Source: Sphaerodactylus townsendi (lineage: Eukaryota). From it: a stretch of DNA of 64,000 nucleotides. The position numbers and the translations under genes are program-made. The notes beneath the pieces were generated by a model that was not told the origin of the DNA, did no database searches, and saw only the letters and a list, made by a program, of their open reading frames with translations. Positions 51,441 to 64,000 of this stretch are shown piece after piece. Location: assembly GCF_021028975.2 (NCBI RefSeq), contig NC_059425.1, forward strand, positions 44,144,001 through 44,208,000, in the 5' to 3' direction. Positions within the stretch are counted from its first letter, which is position 1, and every line of letters starts with the position of its first letter.

Positions 51441-52768
51441 TTTTCTCAGCTTTTCTAACCTTGAGCTGGCCTGAATGGACACAACTCTGACCGGTGTATG
51501 CCTGCAATTCTGCTTTCCTCAGCTGGTCTACCCCCCTTACCGACCTGAAACCTTCGGGAATTTCGCCTTGTTCTCCTCAGCTATTTTCTTCCTGAAGATA
51601 AGTCATTCACTCCACCGGCGACATTAGTTCATTTGCTGTCTTGTGCATTTTATTCCACCTTCTTCGGGAAACGCACGAGGCTCCTATGCTCTGAGTCTGG
51701 CCGGATCAAACTTGTGATAGAGCATTTTGGAAAAGGCATATTATATTTTATTTAGATATTAATAAACAGCTAATAATCAAAGCTCAGGATAATCGATAAA
51801 GGACCTGAACAATGACACATAGTGTGAATTTATTGTTCTATGGTTATTAAGTTGGCACACCAGATGGCAACGATACATTCTAGGTGCAAGGGTCGACTCT
51901 AGGTTGACTGAAAAAGTTCACTTTAATACTAACTGAAATGCCTTTAGTGTCTAAAATACAGTTTGTAAGTGATCATACATCGCGTGAAGTGATATAATGT
52001 ATGATGTGTCTTTACCAACTTGTAAACTACTTTAAAAGATAGAAACTTGTTTATGTACTTTGCTTCTTGCCTTTTAAATTGCCAAGAGTCAATTTATTTC
52101 TGCTGCAGAGAACTAAACCCTTGTATTTATTCATACCTCTCACCTCTAGAGTTTTATTGGCTAAATAACTTTACAGTTTTAGCATCTGATACTTATCACT
52201 TGCTGTATCATTTGTATCCTTCAGCAAAGTCCCTTGGAGATGTTTTGGGTTTGTTAAGCAACCACAAACATCCTGCATTTACTGGAGTGAAGAAGGGAGT
52301 ACCCAGGTTGAAAGGTTTAGAGCAAGGGTCCCCAGGGAGGTGCCCATGGGCACCATCATGCTTATTGACATGGATTCCAGGGATTTAAAATCTAATAAAA
52401 CAGCTATTTGTTTTTCTAAAAAGCACTCAGGCATGTGATGCAGTGGAAGACAGAATGAATGAGACTGAAACACAGAGCCAGTTTTCAACATGTAACAGTC
52501 TCAAACACAGTTATTCAGATTTTCCACTTCTAGCGTTTACTGGGTACAGATAACAAATACAGATAACAAACACATCCCATTTATACTCTTACTGATTTCC
52601 TTCAGTAGATCAGGTCACATGTAGATATTTCTTTTTAAACCTTAGATGACTATTTCAATTTTTATGAATAGAATATTTGCTTCCCTGTCTGCTTAAGATT
52701 TTTCCTTGAATTAGGCATGAGAATAGTTCAAAAGATTTGATTAAAATTGGTTCTTGTTTTTGTTGCAG

Positions 52769-52833
52769 GAAGATGGGATCAGACAAGTACTTGAGGAGAT
52801 GAAAGCTTTATATGAACAGAACCAGGCTGATGT
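52769..52833 (+). CDS. GINS1: GINS1 exon 2
   Basis: ttgcag| EDGIRQVLEEMKALYEQNQAD(V) |gtaag. 65 nt. Confidence 0.97.
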
Positions 52834-53277
52834 GTAAGTAAAGAAAATCACATGCAAAAGTTAAGACATAAAGGTACATTTATTCTGTGATAAAAGAACT
52901 GTCTTGTTTATAGCCAGCAGAAAGGTCAGGATATCTTTTAATATAATTTTCTTTGTACAAAAACGTCTTCAGTGTTCTAAGATCCTCAGTAGCTATGGAT
53001 TCTGCTTTATTTTCTGTACAACCATGTGATTTTTAATGCTTTTATTTTGTTTTGTAATCTTTGCAGCATTAAAGCAAATATTTAATAAGATCCATAACAT
53101 ATGTAGTAAAATGCAAAGGGTAATCAAATTAAATTCCAGAATTTAAAGAACCAGTGGCTAGCTAAGCTTTTAGAATAGCCATGACTAAAACTAGACAAAC
53201 GTAAAAAGGTTTATTTTGGAAAAATTCCATTGCCATAAAATGAGGCAAGCAAGAAGATGAGCACAAAATGGAAGATA

Positions 53278-53565
53278 GAAGAAGAGTTGGTTTTTATATT
53301 CTGCTTTTCTTTGTCTTTAAGGAGTTTCAGAGCAGCTTGCAATCACTCTCCCTTCTCCACAACAGATACTTTGTGAAATAGGTGGGACTGAGAGAGTTCT
53401 GAGAAAACTGTGACTAGCCCAGGTCTCCCAGCAGGCTTCATGTATAGGAGTGGGAGAAAAAAACTCAGTTCACCATATAAAAATCCATCGCTCATATGGA
53501 GAAGTAGGGAATCAAACCAGGTTCTCCAGATTAGAGTTTATCGTTTTTAACTGCTACATCATGCT
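53278..53565 (-). mobile_element. Squam3-like SINE in GINS1 intron 2
   Basis: gaagaagagttgg.tttata tail and gggaatcaaacc.ggttctccagattagag head, both on the minus strand. Confidence 0.8.
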
Positions 53566-53740
53566 TATTTTAAATGTGGATAATTTATTAAATAAATCTC
53601 ATAGCAATTTGATAAAATAGCTGTCAAGTGCCCAATTGCTTGTCCTTCTTTTCATTACTTTTGTATTCTACTTTACAAAAAAGTATGTTTCAGGTACTAA
53701 TGGTAATATCACTGATTACATAATTAGTTCCTTTCTCTAT

Positions 53741-53858
53741 GGCTGATTCCGCATGGGCCAAAAACAGTGGTGTGAAAACAGTATAAACTCTTTTACACCG
53801 TTTTAAACCCTTTTACACCATTTTCACACTGCTGTTTTTGGTCCATGTGGAATCAGCC
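53741..53858. mobile_element. Palindromic PIF/Harbinger-like MITE
   Basis: ~40-bp TIR ggctgattccgcatgggccaaaaacagtggtgtgaaaa. 3-bp TSD tat. Confidence 0.8.
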
Positions 53859-54151
53859 TATACCTCATTCCCTTCTCTTTGCCCACCAAAAGCTCTGTGA
53901 ATGGAGCAGATATTCACATGACCATGTGTTTGTATGTGCAGCTCTCTGTTGCACAGTGCATAGTATCCACTGATCCTCTGTGATGATTTTAAGGATGGCT
54001 CAGGCAATTGCTGAGGAAAGGGGAAGGCAAGGGAGATCTGCCTACTTGGACTCATTTAGTTCATTGATTTGGCTCCAGCCTGGTGTATTCTTATAAAGTT
54101 TTGTGATTTTAAAGTGTATATTAATACATCATATCATTCCATTATTACTAG

Positions 54152-54247
54152 AAATGAAGCTAAGTCAGGACACAGTGAGTTGATTCCAACAATCAAATTC
54201 CGTCATTGTTCTCTGCTCAGAAATCGACGATGTATAGTTGCCTACTT
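54152..54247 (+). CDS. GINS1: GINS1 exon 3
   Basis: actag| [31 protein letters not shown](L) |gtaag. 96 nt. Contains the conserved PSF1 RNxRC motif. Confidence 0.97.
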
Positions 54248-54349
54248 GTAAGTTTTTCATTGTTTCTGTAACAAGGAAAATGAGACCAAAAAGTTTCCAC
54301 AGCCATTTCTAGTTCCTCCAGTTCTGGGGCTAATGTATTTCAAAGTGAT

Positions 54350-54553
54350 TGTTCTAGGTGGTTGGACTTGAGATTGCAAATGCCTTAACAGACCAGGTGA
54401 TCGGGAGCAACAGCCGCAGAAGGCCATTGCGTTCACATCCTACATGTGAGCTCCCAAAGGCACCTGGTGGGCCACTGCGAGTAGCAGAGAGCTGGACTAG
54501 ATGGACTTTGGTCTGATCCAGCTGGCTTGTTCTTATGTTCTTATGTTCTTATG
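54350..54553 (+). mobile_element. CR1 LINE 3' end in GINS1 intron 3
   Basis: ctggactagatggac...tggtctgatccagc followed by an (ttcttatg)3 tail. Confidence 0.85.
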
Positions 54554-55121
54554 ACTTGCGGAACAGCTCCGTGTCTTAGGGCACCATCATATCATGTAAA
54601 CAACTGGCATAATTTGTTTTAAAAATTAGCTTAACCTGTGTATTTATGTTTTTGTTGTTACTACTGGTGATTATTGAGTTGAACAGACACACTAAACTGT
54701 AGCATAGAGGCTTGATTGACAACTTTGATGGAAGGTGTCCTTTGTGCTGCATGAAGCCATGAGAAACACAGGCCTCTTTGGGGTCAGAAGACCACACAGA
54801 CCATCAACTTGAGGGAGCAGTAGAAATAGCCCTGGCAAAGAGGAGCAAGCGTGCAGCACCATGTTTCCAAGTCAGGGACCATTGCAGGTGCTCCAACCAG
54901 TGACAGCATATGTACTGACAGCCAGCTGTGCAGCAGCTGGGTTGTTGGATCTCCCAACACACAAAAAAAGTTTTCCTCTGCACAGTATCCACTAAAGAGT
55001 AAGCTTTCAAGTCATAATAAAGTTCTGATTTTAACTCAATAAGCATTATAGGGTTAAATGGACTCTGTTTTGCATTATCAATGCATTTATTATGTGACCA
55101 TCTTTATTATGCTACCATCAG

Positions 55122-55212
55122 GTATGACCGCTTACTTCGCATCCGAGCGCTGAGGTGGGAATATGGGAGCATCTTACCAAATGCTGTCCGATTTCATATG
55201 TCAGCTGAAGAA
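55122..55212 (+). CDS. GINS1: GINS1 exon 4
   Basis: atcag| [30 protein letters not shown] |gtaag. 91 nt. Confidence 0.97.
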
Positions 55213-57833
55213 GTAAGCTAGTTTGTTGTACAGTACTTTCAGAAGATAAGGGAACACTCTAGAAATTTACAAATTGTATCCAGAGTGGTGTTGTCAGAAC
55301 AGAACTTCCCTCTTCCACTTCAGCCCACTATGCCCCATAAAATGTTTCTCCTTGAAACTCAGGAGCCCCACAAGAACAGGATCGAGAACAGAGAAGGGGT
55401 CTATAGCAACAGAGAGAAATCAGTAAAAATTGGGCACATGCTCTTTTGCCAGAAGTGTCCTTCTGCTGGCAGAAAATTAGCTTAAACCATAGGAAGGTAT
55501 AAATAGTACATTGATATTGAGTATTCCATGATCTTGTATATGCATGAAAAATTATGCCACAGGCCTAGTAGTTCAGACTAGTCCAATCTCATCAGAGCTC
55601 AGAAGCTTAACATGGGTGAGTACTTGGAGGGGAGACCACCAAGGAGGCCTGGGGCTGCTGTACCATGAAAGGCAGTGGCACACCACCTCTGCTGATCTCT
55701 TAGCTTGAAAATGGCAGTCCAAAAGACCGGGGTTAATTAGAACTTAATGGGGTTGTCATTCATCAGTTTAAACTTCCCTTGCAATTTACCTTTATGAGAC
55801 ACGCTGATGAGCTATCAAGAAATAGCGTTTTAATTCCTTAATTCATGAAAATGTTACATCCAATATTCTGGCATGCTGCATTTCCATATGCAGGAAGGTC
55901 TGTCATGGAGCAGCACTCTGACATTCATTTCCTCTACCTCTTTTCTGAAAAGGTACAATCCCGAGTCCTGTCCCACATGCATTTGCCGAACTCCCTTAAA
56001 TTGCACATACACTTCTAATGAAAAGTGTTCCACAATTAGGTACCCTCTGTTCAAATGACAATAGCCAGGTGTCCTTCAAATTTTGTTCCAGAAAAAGTCT
56101 AGGCTTCCTCAGAATGTTGTCTGGAGCTATCAATCGTAATGGCCAAGTTTCTTTTAATAACAGCTGCCAATGCCAAACTTCTCATGCAGTATGCAGCTGC
56201 AGAGGCATGGGATGTTTTCTAAGAACTGTTTCGGTTTATGTGACAGTGAGGCCAACAGGTCTAGCCACTGTGCCAGGTGAATTCTCCAGGTGCACCCTTA
56301 AACCTGCATTTGTACATCACGAGCCTGACTGTTCACAGACCCAGCTTGTTGCAAGGCTCATATGCACCTCTTGCAATGACAAATCTTGATCGACATCTCA
56401 GGGCTTTTGTGCACTTAGCTGCTTGCAGCATGACTGTGTGCTTCACAGTGAGGTTTTCCCATGGTTTCCATTTAAAAGGGAAGTTTTCTGCTGTGAAGTG
56501 TCCCCAGCCACACTGATCCAGTCAGTCCTTTTGTCTGCCTCCCTCTTATTTGCCATGCAACCTCCCTCTAGGAAAGTTGCCTGCCATCTTTATCGATAGT
56601 TCAATAGATCATGTCAAGTTCGCTAAACCAGCAGCATGAAAATAAAAAACAGTGTGGCCAAAAGAGCTGTTGAGTGGGTGGGGGAAGATGGAGAGAGAGA
56701 ATAATGCATGGCCATCTCCTTCACTTTCGTTGCGAAGGCAGTAGGGAAAGTCGAACTTTACCTGCTTTTGGGAACCATGGAGATTTCCTGATCTGCGGCA
56801 TGCTGCGTTCAGGAACAGAAAAATGTGAGTGTAACTGAGAATCTGACCCAAAGGGGAGGTATACTCACTGCGAAGTAGACCACCAAGTGCATAAATTGCC
56901 TCAGTCTGGTAACCTGTGAGATGGAGATCTGTGCTTAAGCTGAGTTAACCCCCCCTCCCCCCCAAAAAAATCAACAACAAAAAGCTAGGATTTTCAATGT
57001 AGATTGAACTAGAAACCTGGTTTGGACTGATTAATATATGTGTAAGGGGTAGGCTGAACTAACTGCACTTGAGCCAAACTTCATTTGTACATTTTGAAAA
57101 ACTGAAGTTAATTTTAAACCACCCTACTGCAGGAAGCTACAGCTGTACCTCAGGATTTAGGAGGCTATCTTCCTGACCATATTTCAAATAATGTGAAGTG
57201 TTTATGTTTGAATACAAAACTTGCAGAGAAGACAGTAAGCTAGAAATCAGTGAGGCACATAGTATGTACTGAAGATTTTTGTTACACATATACAATTACA
57301 TGTTTACAGACATCCATTTTAAGTATTACAATAATAAAAAAACCAGTATCCAGAATAGTACCGTATTTGTTTACTAATCATTTGCTTTAGAGTGCTGATA
57401 GTTTTTAAGACTCAGCACTGATGTAACATTTCAAATTGTGATTTTGTCTTTTCATAGAATGTATAAAATGTGGGTGGGGCTATTTTTTAACAATAGCTTG
57501 CCAAGAAATGAGGGAATACTATTTGGTGATGGTCTGGTATGACCAGTCTTTTGGACTGTCTCACTTAGTATGCACATTCTTTTATTGATGCTGTATTCCA
57601 GACTCCATGGAACCATTAATTTATGCTTGGGGAGTTAAGTATCTCTGAATGTGCTGCAAGCATGAGACAATTGACATCATCTCTGGTTGGTTTGGGTACC
57701 ATTTTGAGAATTTCAGTTTTACCCCATTATTTACCTTTTTCTGTTATCTTTGGCTTTAGAGTAATTTTTTCTTGACATTCTGAAAACAGTATGTAAATCC
57801 TAGATTAATTAGAGAGGCATGTTGTGTCTCTAG

Positions 57834-57950
57834 ATGGAATGGTTCAACCAATATAAGAAGTCTTTGGCTACCTATATGAGATCATTAGGAGGAGGAGAAG
57901 GGCTGGACCTTACACAGGATATTAAACCCCCCAAAAGCTTGTATATTGAA
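57834..57950 (+). CDS. GINS1: GINS1 exon 5
   Basis: ctctag| [39 protein letters not shown] |gtaag. 117 nt. Confidence 0.97.
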
Positions 57951-58326
57951 GTAAGTAACTGAGAATTATGCTATACTTAATTCCTCTAGAGTGGGTTCTG
58001 GTTTAACTGGTGTTATGGTAAATTGTAGATGTTAAAAAGGTGTATGTGTGCCTAGATAAGACTAATTCTTTGCAGGGTTGATATATTTTGTTATCAGAAG
58101 TCTGATTATAAGAAATAATTAAAAGTTAACTTCAGATGCAGGTGCTTATTAATTTATCAAGAAATTATAAATCTTTTTTATGTTTAAAGGAAGAAAAGTC
58201 ATTGTTTCAATTTCAGAGGATTAATAAGTAATATGGCAAAGGTAGCTGCTGATTTTCTCACTCAGTCCTACGTTGACATTTGGGTTCTGACAGGCTAATG
58301 GTGTTCTTCCATTCCTCCTTTCTAAG

Positions 58327-58401
58327 GTTCGATGTTTAAAAGACTATGGAGAATTTGAGATTGATGATGGCACGACAATTCTATTGAAGAAGAATAGCCA
58401 G
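58327..58401 (+). CDS. GINS1: GINS1 exon 6
   Basis: ctaag| [25 protein letters not shown] |gtatt. 75 nt. Confidence 0.96.
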
Positions 58402-58637
58402 GTATTTATGACATGACAAAAAAGAGACTCAAGGTTCCAGCCATGCTAGCCTGCTTCTATTTGTGCTTACAACCTCAGGTGGACTCTCCTTAGTGCCTTT
58501 TATTTGAAAGGAACTCTAGCATAGCTTAAGATCTAACTTTTCCCATTGTAGAATTATTCCTTATGAACTAGACTGAAGGATTGAGACAATTATGAAATTA
58601 TTTTAGGTTGTCATAGTATTGATTCAGTTTGCATTAG

Positions 58638-58775
<138 letters not shown>

Positions 58776-59175
58776 TTTAATGCTCAGTAACAGTCTGCAG
58801 GAGGACTTTTTGGAGAGGTAGCCAAACACTTAACAAGTTTTAGATGGGTGCAAGCAAGATTGGTGCCAAGGAGTTCAAGCTACAGTTGTGAAAATGGCAC
58901 ATCTAATACTTTGTGAAGAGAAAAATGAGAGAACATGGCTAATCTAATAGCACTTTCCTGAAACAAGTGGATTTCTTTTTGTAACTTTACATAGTTCCTT
59001 CTGGGTATATTTTATATACTTCTGTACAAAAAAGAAGCAGAGAAATATTATGAACAAATGCAAATCATGATCTTTTGCTAGTGTGAAATTACAGTGTTGT
59101 ATTGGTAATCCAACTTTATGTGTGATATTATGCAGATGACATTTGTTATCCTTAGAATAACTGTTGTAATGCTTA

Positions 59176-59181
59176 AATAAA
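59176..59181 (+). terminator. Candidate GINS1 polyadenylation signal (AATAAA); a second lies at 59292-59297
   Basis: First AATAAA I found after the GINS1 stop codon, about 400 nt downstream. Confidence 0.45.
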
Positions 59182-59733
59182 CAGGAGTCTTCTGGCACCT
59201 TAAAGACTAACAATTTTATTCTAGCATAAGCTGTTTCAGATGCAATGAGTAGTTCTCTCTATGCTGTCATTTAAGGTCCTGTAAAAAAACAAATAAATAG
59301 CACAGTCAAGAGGCCATGAAATGAACAAATAACAGGGTGAAATGTAATTATATAAAATTCCAATCTGATCATGAACAAATAGAGACCATTTACTAGTTAC
59401 GCAAAGCTAGTTAATACCTGTAATACATGAGGAGTTATAGGTGCTGCTAACATGGCTATTTTTCTGGTTGCTAAAAGTAATTAAGGCTGAGTTCAACTGG
59501 AACAAGTAGATGTAAAACGCATTAACTCATGTAATTTTATGAGTGCTTTTCTGGTATTAAACTTTTTTCACTGTTAGTTTTTGTTCTGTAGGAATATCAG
59601 TGCATTAAGGCATAGATGAGTGCATGCATGATGAGGTTATTTCCCTTCTGGAAAGCTTAAGTTGCAACATGCCAGGCAGTGGCCATAAGAAAAGAAGATT
59701 CCCCTGAACTTCCACAGCCCCTAACTTTACCGA

Positions 59734-59996
59734 GGGCCTTTTCCCTCGGCCGCCGTCGCTGGGCGCAATTCCCAGCGCCCGGCATCCCTGGCGCGCGCCC
59801 GGACGTCCCCGCACTCTGTGCAGGGTCATCAAAAGGCGCCACAACAGCATGCGCAGGGATGCTCCTCATTGAGGGGCGGCAGCATCGGGGCACGCTTTAA
59901 GTGTGCTGTTACCGCCCCTCATTAAGGGGAGTGCCGGGGGACCCCGCGCTACTCTCCTCAAGTAGCACGGGGCTTAAGGTAAGTGGGGAAAGGCCC
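59734..59996. mobile_element. GC-rich Harbinger-like MITE
   Basis: TIR gggcctttt(c)cc / ggggaaaggccc. 3-bp TSD cga (59731-59733, 59997-59999). Confidence 0.7.
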
Positions 59997-62049
59997 CGAG
60001 TTTTCTTTTCTCTCTTAAAAGAAGATCAGTATAGGGAAGAAGATGGGATTTCTCATTTTAAATTCTGTATTCTTGCAACTGCTTTAGAACTAGATCCTGA
60101 AGCTCAATGCAGCTGCAGTATATTTAAATGGTGTTTCATCATAGACAATAGATGGCAAAGGTGATTGGAGGAAGATTCCAATTATTGAGTGAAAAGTTGT
60201 TTCTCTCTGCACTGTTGCCTGGATGTCTACACAATTCCAAGTGGAGGTAATCTTGGTTCCTCTTGAGGCACTTACAAATCAAGTTGCCCACTTGCTTTTA
60301 GAGACAACATCCTCTTAGAAGATTGTAGTCAGTGCTGAAAGCCGTTTCCCCAGAACCAAACCTCTAACAGCTGCTATGTCAGAAACATGGATTATGAGCT
60401 GCTACATCTGTGGTCCCACAATATCACGTTTTAGAATTAGCATCAAAATTCTGATTTTTAAAAAATGAACTTACATAATTTTTAAAAGACAGAGTGTGTG
60501 TATAAATGTAGCTCTTTTTGAAATTTTACCACTACTTACAAAGAAATCAAAACATGGAAATAAGAGTTCTTCCACTATCAGCAAATCAGCAGGTACTAGG
60601 GTTATGCACACACAGTATGCCTTTAATAGCTTCTTAAATGTGCAGGTTTAATTTCCACAAAGCTCTCTATACTGTGTCTGTAATTCAAGCAACCTTATAC
60701 TTTCATTTTGGATTCTAGGCATGCAGGCACCTGCAGCTGATACTGCAGCAGCATCCTAGGGTATGAAATTGCTACTTACATAGGGAGTTTGAACTTTCCG
60801 TACACAAGGATGCCACCCTGGCTTCACTGAGATCGTTCCTAAAGCGATACAGTAAAGTATAAAGGTGGGAAACCCCTGGAGATGCTTGGAAGTACCATGA
60901 TGCCACTGGGGAAAGAAGAAAAAAACCTATTTCCCCATAACTACTTAAAAATAATAGGGTGGAATTCAACTGTGCTGTGTGCTTGTAATACAACAGAGCT
61001 TGGACCTTTTGAACTGATAAGAAGCCCGGTGCTCAAAATACAATATGATCCCAAGTTTGCCTTCCTAGACATCAAGGCTACAGAATCTTGGCACCACATT
61101 TCAACTAATTAAATTGATTAAATTATTGCTGTATCATCATGACAAGGCAGGGTTTATGACTGCAGAATAAGTCCTACTCCTATCTCACTCTGGCCTTAAG
61201 GTCACCTGGTCAGCAACAGGGTTGTATGATTGTGTTAAATCATTAGGAATGGATTTGATCAGTCAATGAGCCGTGACCACCACAAATCTGCTGCTCATAA
61301 AGGATGATTAGTTCAGCCTAGCAAAATGTGCTTCCTGGTACCTTTTTGTTTTGATTCCTTAATTCACCATTCTGGATATTGACAAGTGCGCTCTTGATGC
61401 CTAAAACTGTGGCTCCTGACACCTTGGGACTTCGCTCTTTGTGAAACTGTACAGCTGAAATTGGTAACATTTTACTTTGAATCGTACCTTTGGGGCATCT
61501 GGATTCACTGTTGATCTTCAGGAAGCAGCTGAAGATAGTTTTATTTAGGACTGCATTTGACTTGTTTAATTTATTGTCAGTCCTATCGGAGTTTTAAAAT
61601 ATTTGCCTTTTATTTAATGTTTTATTCACATTGTTTTACTGTGTTTTGTTATAATTGTACTTATTTTGTAAGCTGCCTTGTCTTCTGCAAGGGAGAAAGG
61701 CTAATGTTTTAATTTCTAATTCAAAAATTAGAAATGGGTCCTGCAGGGCCTTAGTCACTATCAGATCATCCCTTGTGCTATCATCACTAACTCCATTCCA
61801 CTAGGGAAAGCAAATAAAAGTTACAATGTGAAACAGGCTAGCCATCAAAATCCCAGCAAAGGGATGACCCATTTCCCTTACAAAACAGATTTACTTGTCC
61901 CTTTTTTCTCCCTAACAGCAGCTGGGTAAGTTGGAAGAATTCTATCGAAGAAATGTTGCAGGGAGTGAAGGATCAGTTCTCCTTTGTCTACAGCCTTAAG
62001 CCATATCAAAAACCTCCCATTACATACACACTATTTAACTATAAACCAG

Positions 62050-62265
62050 CAACAGTGTTGCGTAGCAGTTGATATGAGAACAAGATCTGAGAGACCCAGA
62101 TCCAAATACCCACTCTACCACGGATGCTTACTGGGTGACCTTAGGCTAGTCACATACATTCAGCTTAACCTAACTCCCAGGGTTCATGTGAGGATAAAAT
62201 GGATGGAAGAGAGCAATGTAATCAGAGGTTGGTCACCAGTAGCAGAAAGGAAAGGTACTAAATAA
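62050..62265 (+). mobile_element. Old tRNA-derived SINE
   Basis: gatctgagagacccaga head and a ctgggtgaccttaggctagtcaca core. Confidence 0.6.
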
Positions 62266-62365
62266 GCCAAAGTAAACCATGCATAAGCAAACTATGACAG
62301 TGAGTCTATAGCTGATTGTTTATCTAATAGGGTCTCTTACTGTATAAGCAACATAAAGCCTAAAC

Positions 62366-63178
62366 CAGGGGTGTAATGAGGCAAACTGTAGCCCTGGGCA
62401 AAACCTGAGTTGGATGCCCCCCCCCACCCCACCCATGGGCAGCCACTCCACCACGACCAATTTTTTTTTTGCACCCGGACATTGGTGCCTGCAGGGGGTG
62501 CATTTTTAGACATATCAGCACCACAATTTCAGCGTATCAAGAGACTGTCCTTATGCTATCCCCCAGGTTTAGTGAGGTTTGGTTCAAGGAGTCCAAATTT
62601 ATGGACTCCCAAAGGGGGTGCCCCATCCCCCATTGTTTCCAATGGGAGCTAATAGGAGATGGGGGCTACAGTTTTGAGGGTCCAAAACTTTGGCCCCCCC
62701 TGAACCAAACTGCACCAAACCAGGGGAGTATCATAAGGGCAGTCTCCTGATGAGATCCTGAAAGTTTTGAGACTGTGCCTTCAGAAATGTGCCCCCCCCC
62801 CCGCCTGCAACCCCCATTGACAGCAATACAGAAAACAATGCAGAACAAAGATTCTTGGGCAAATTTCTGGGATTTTCCTGCAGGGGGTGCATTTTTGGAC
62901 GTATCGGCACCAAGATTTCAGGGTATCATCTGGAGACTGTCATTATAACACCCCCCAAGTTTGGTGCAGTTTGGTTCAGGGGGGCCAAAGTTATTGACCC
63001 CATCCCCCATTCTTTGCTAAGGAGATGGGAGCTACCCTTTTGAGGGTCCATAACTCCCTGCAGGCCAAAAATGGAAAACCACTAACAATACCCAAAAATG
63101 AACCCTGCATTTTGATGCCCCCCACAAGGTGGTGACCTGGGCAGCTGCCCACCTTGCCCAATGGGCATTACACCCCTG
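62366..63178. mobile_element. Non-autonomous hAT element with ~140-bp internal modules
   Basis: Perfect 13-bp TIR (caggggtgtaatg / cattacacccctg). Perfect 8-bp TSD gcctaaac (62358-62365, 63179-63186). Confidence 0.9.
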
Positions 63179-63370
63179 GCCTAAACACACCACTTGTTAC
63201 CCAAGAGCTCTTAGCCAATATGTTCCATAGGTATAATCTCCTGCAGTCTGAATAGCAGTCATGTCCTTTCTGGCTTGTTCTTTATGAACCCATCTGGTTC
63301 ATCTACAAAGCAACAGGATTGAATAATGAGATACAGACGTCTGGATTCCTACTACAAAGATTGAGACTAA

Positions 63371-64000
63371 TCTACATATATATAAAAAGCAAACAGTGAA
63401 ACGGCTGGACGGATTGCCCTCAAATTTTCACATGACGTTCCTCCCTGTTGTGGGCAGGTATCGGACCTTCAAATTGCCAAAAGTCCATACCTGAGCCAGG
63501 TAAAACGTCTTTTTCCTGGCGACCCAGGCCATGAAGCTGGCTGTGTTTAACTGTCATCCTTAGAATGTTCGTGCAGCCTGTCTGTGGCCTGAGGGCTTGG
63601 GGTGAGGGCTTAGAATGTTCACACAGATGGCCACAGATGAGCAGTGGAAACAGTAAATAGGTAATACTGGTAGGTAATACGAGTGGAAGTGAAACACATA
63701 CACACTTTGCCATGTGAGACGTCAGGTGGGGTTCCCCTCCCTCACACGCAGGTAACTCACTCTCTGTACCTCACCTACTGCTACCACACAATACACATCC
63801 AGCTCATCCTCACACACCTCACTCTGCCCTCCCTCACATCCAACCACCACTTACCCACTTCCTCACCCATATTCACCACAGCTCTCTTTTACTAAAAGCG
63901 AGCTGGAGTTTACCTTTTTCTTCTAAGAAAATCCAAGGGGTGGGGGCGAACCTCTGCTTCTTTTGCACATGGCCCTTTAAGAACCCAGAGAGCTGGCCCT
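63371..64000 (+). mobile_element. Possible 5' part of a non-autonomous Helitron
   Basis: A|TCTACATATATATAAAA start followed by aacggctggacggatt...aaatttt. The 3' CTAG end is not in the window. Confidence 0.4.

Overview
Vertebrate genomic DNA. The repeat content (Sauria- and Squam3-type SINEs, CR1, RTE, DIRS, hAT MITEs) points to a squamate, probably a gecko; this is inference. Two conserved genes lie head-to-head. ABHD12 is on the minus strand: coding exons 1-9 run from 47443 down to 1265 (287 codons, including the GHSLG nucleophile motif), and the remaining exons lie beyond the left edge of the window. GINS1/PSF1 is on the plus strand and complete: 7 exons, 51338-58775, 195 aa. I placed all exon boundaries by hand from splice signals and reading-frame continuity. 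The rest is intronic or intergenic DNA rich in decayed and often nested transposons. I found no convincing new multi-gene system. The best leads are: (1) a tight cluster of three RFX X-boxes just inside ABHD12 intron 1; (2) a non-canonical GC splice donor after ABHD12 exon 9; (3) an RTE LINE between the two promoters that carries a SPIN-type MITE and a 1-kb CpG-rich insert; (4) a Penelope-type inverted repeat with a decayed hammerhead-ribozyme core; (5) a multi-layer nested transposon stack in intron 2 with readable target-site duplications (TSDs) and an apparently 5'-inverted L2. Repeat family names come from remembered consensus motifs, not from a database search.
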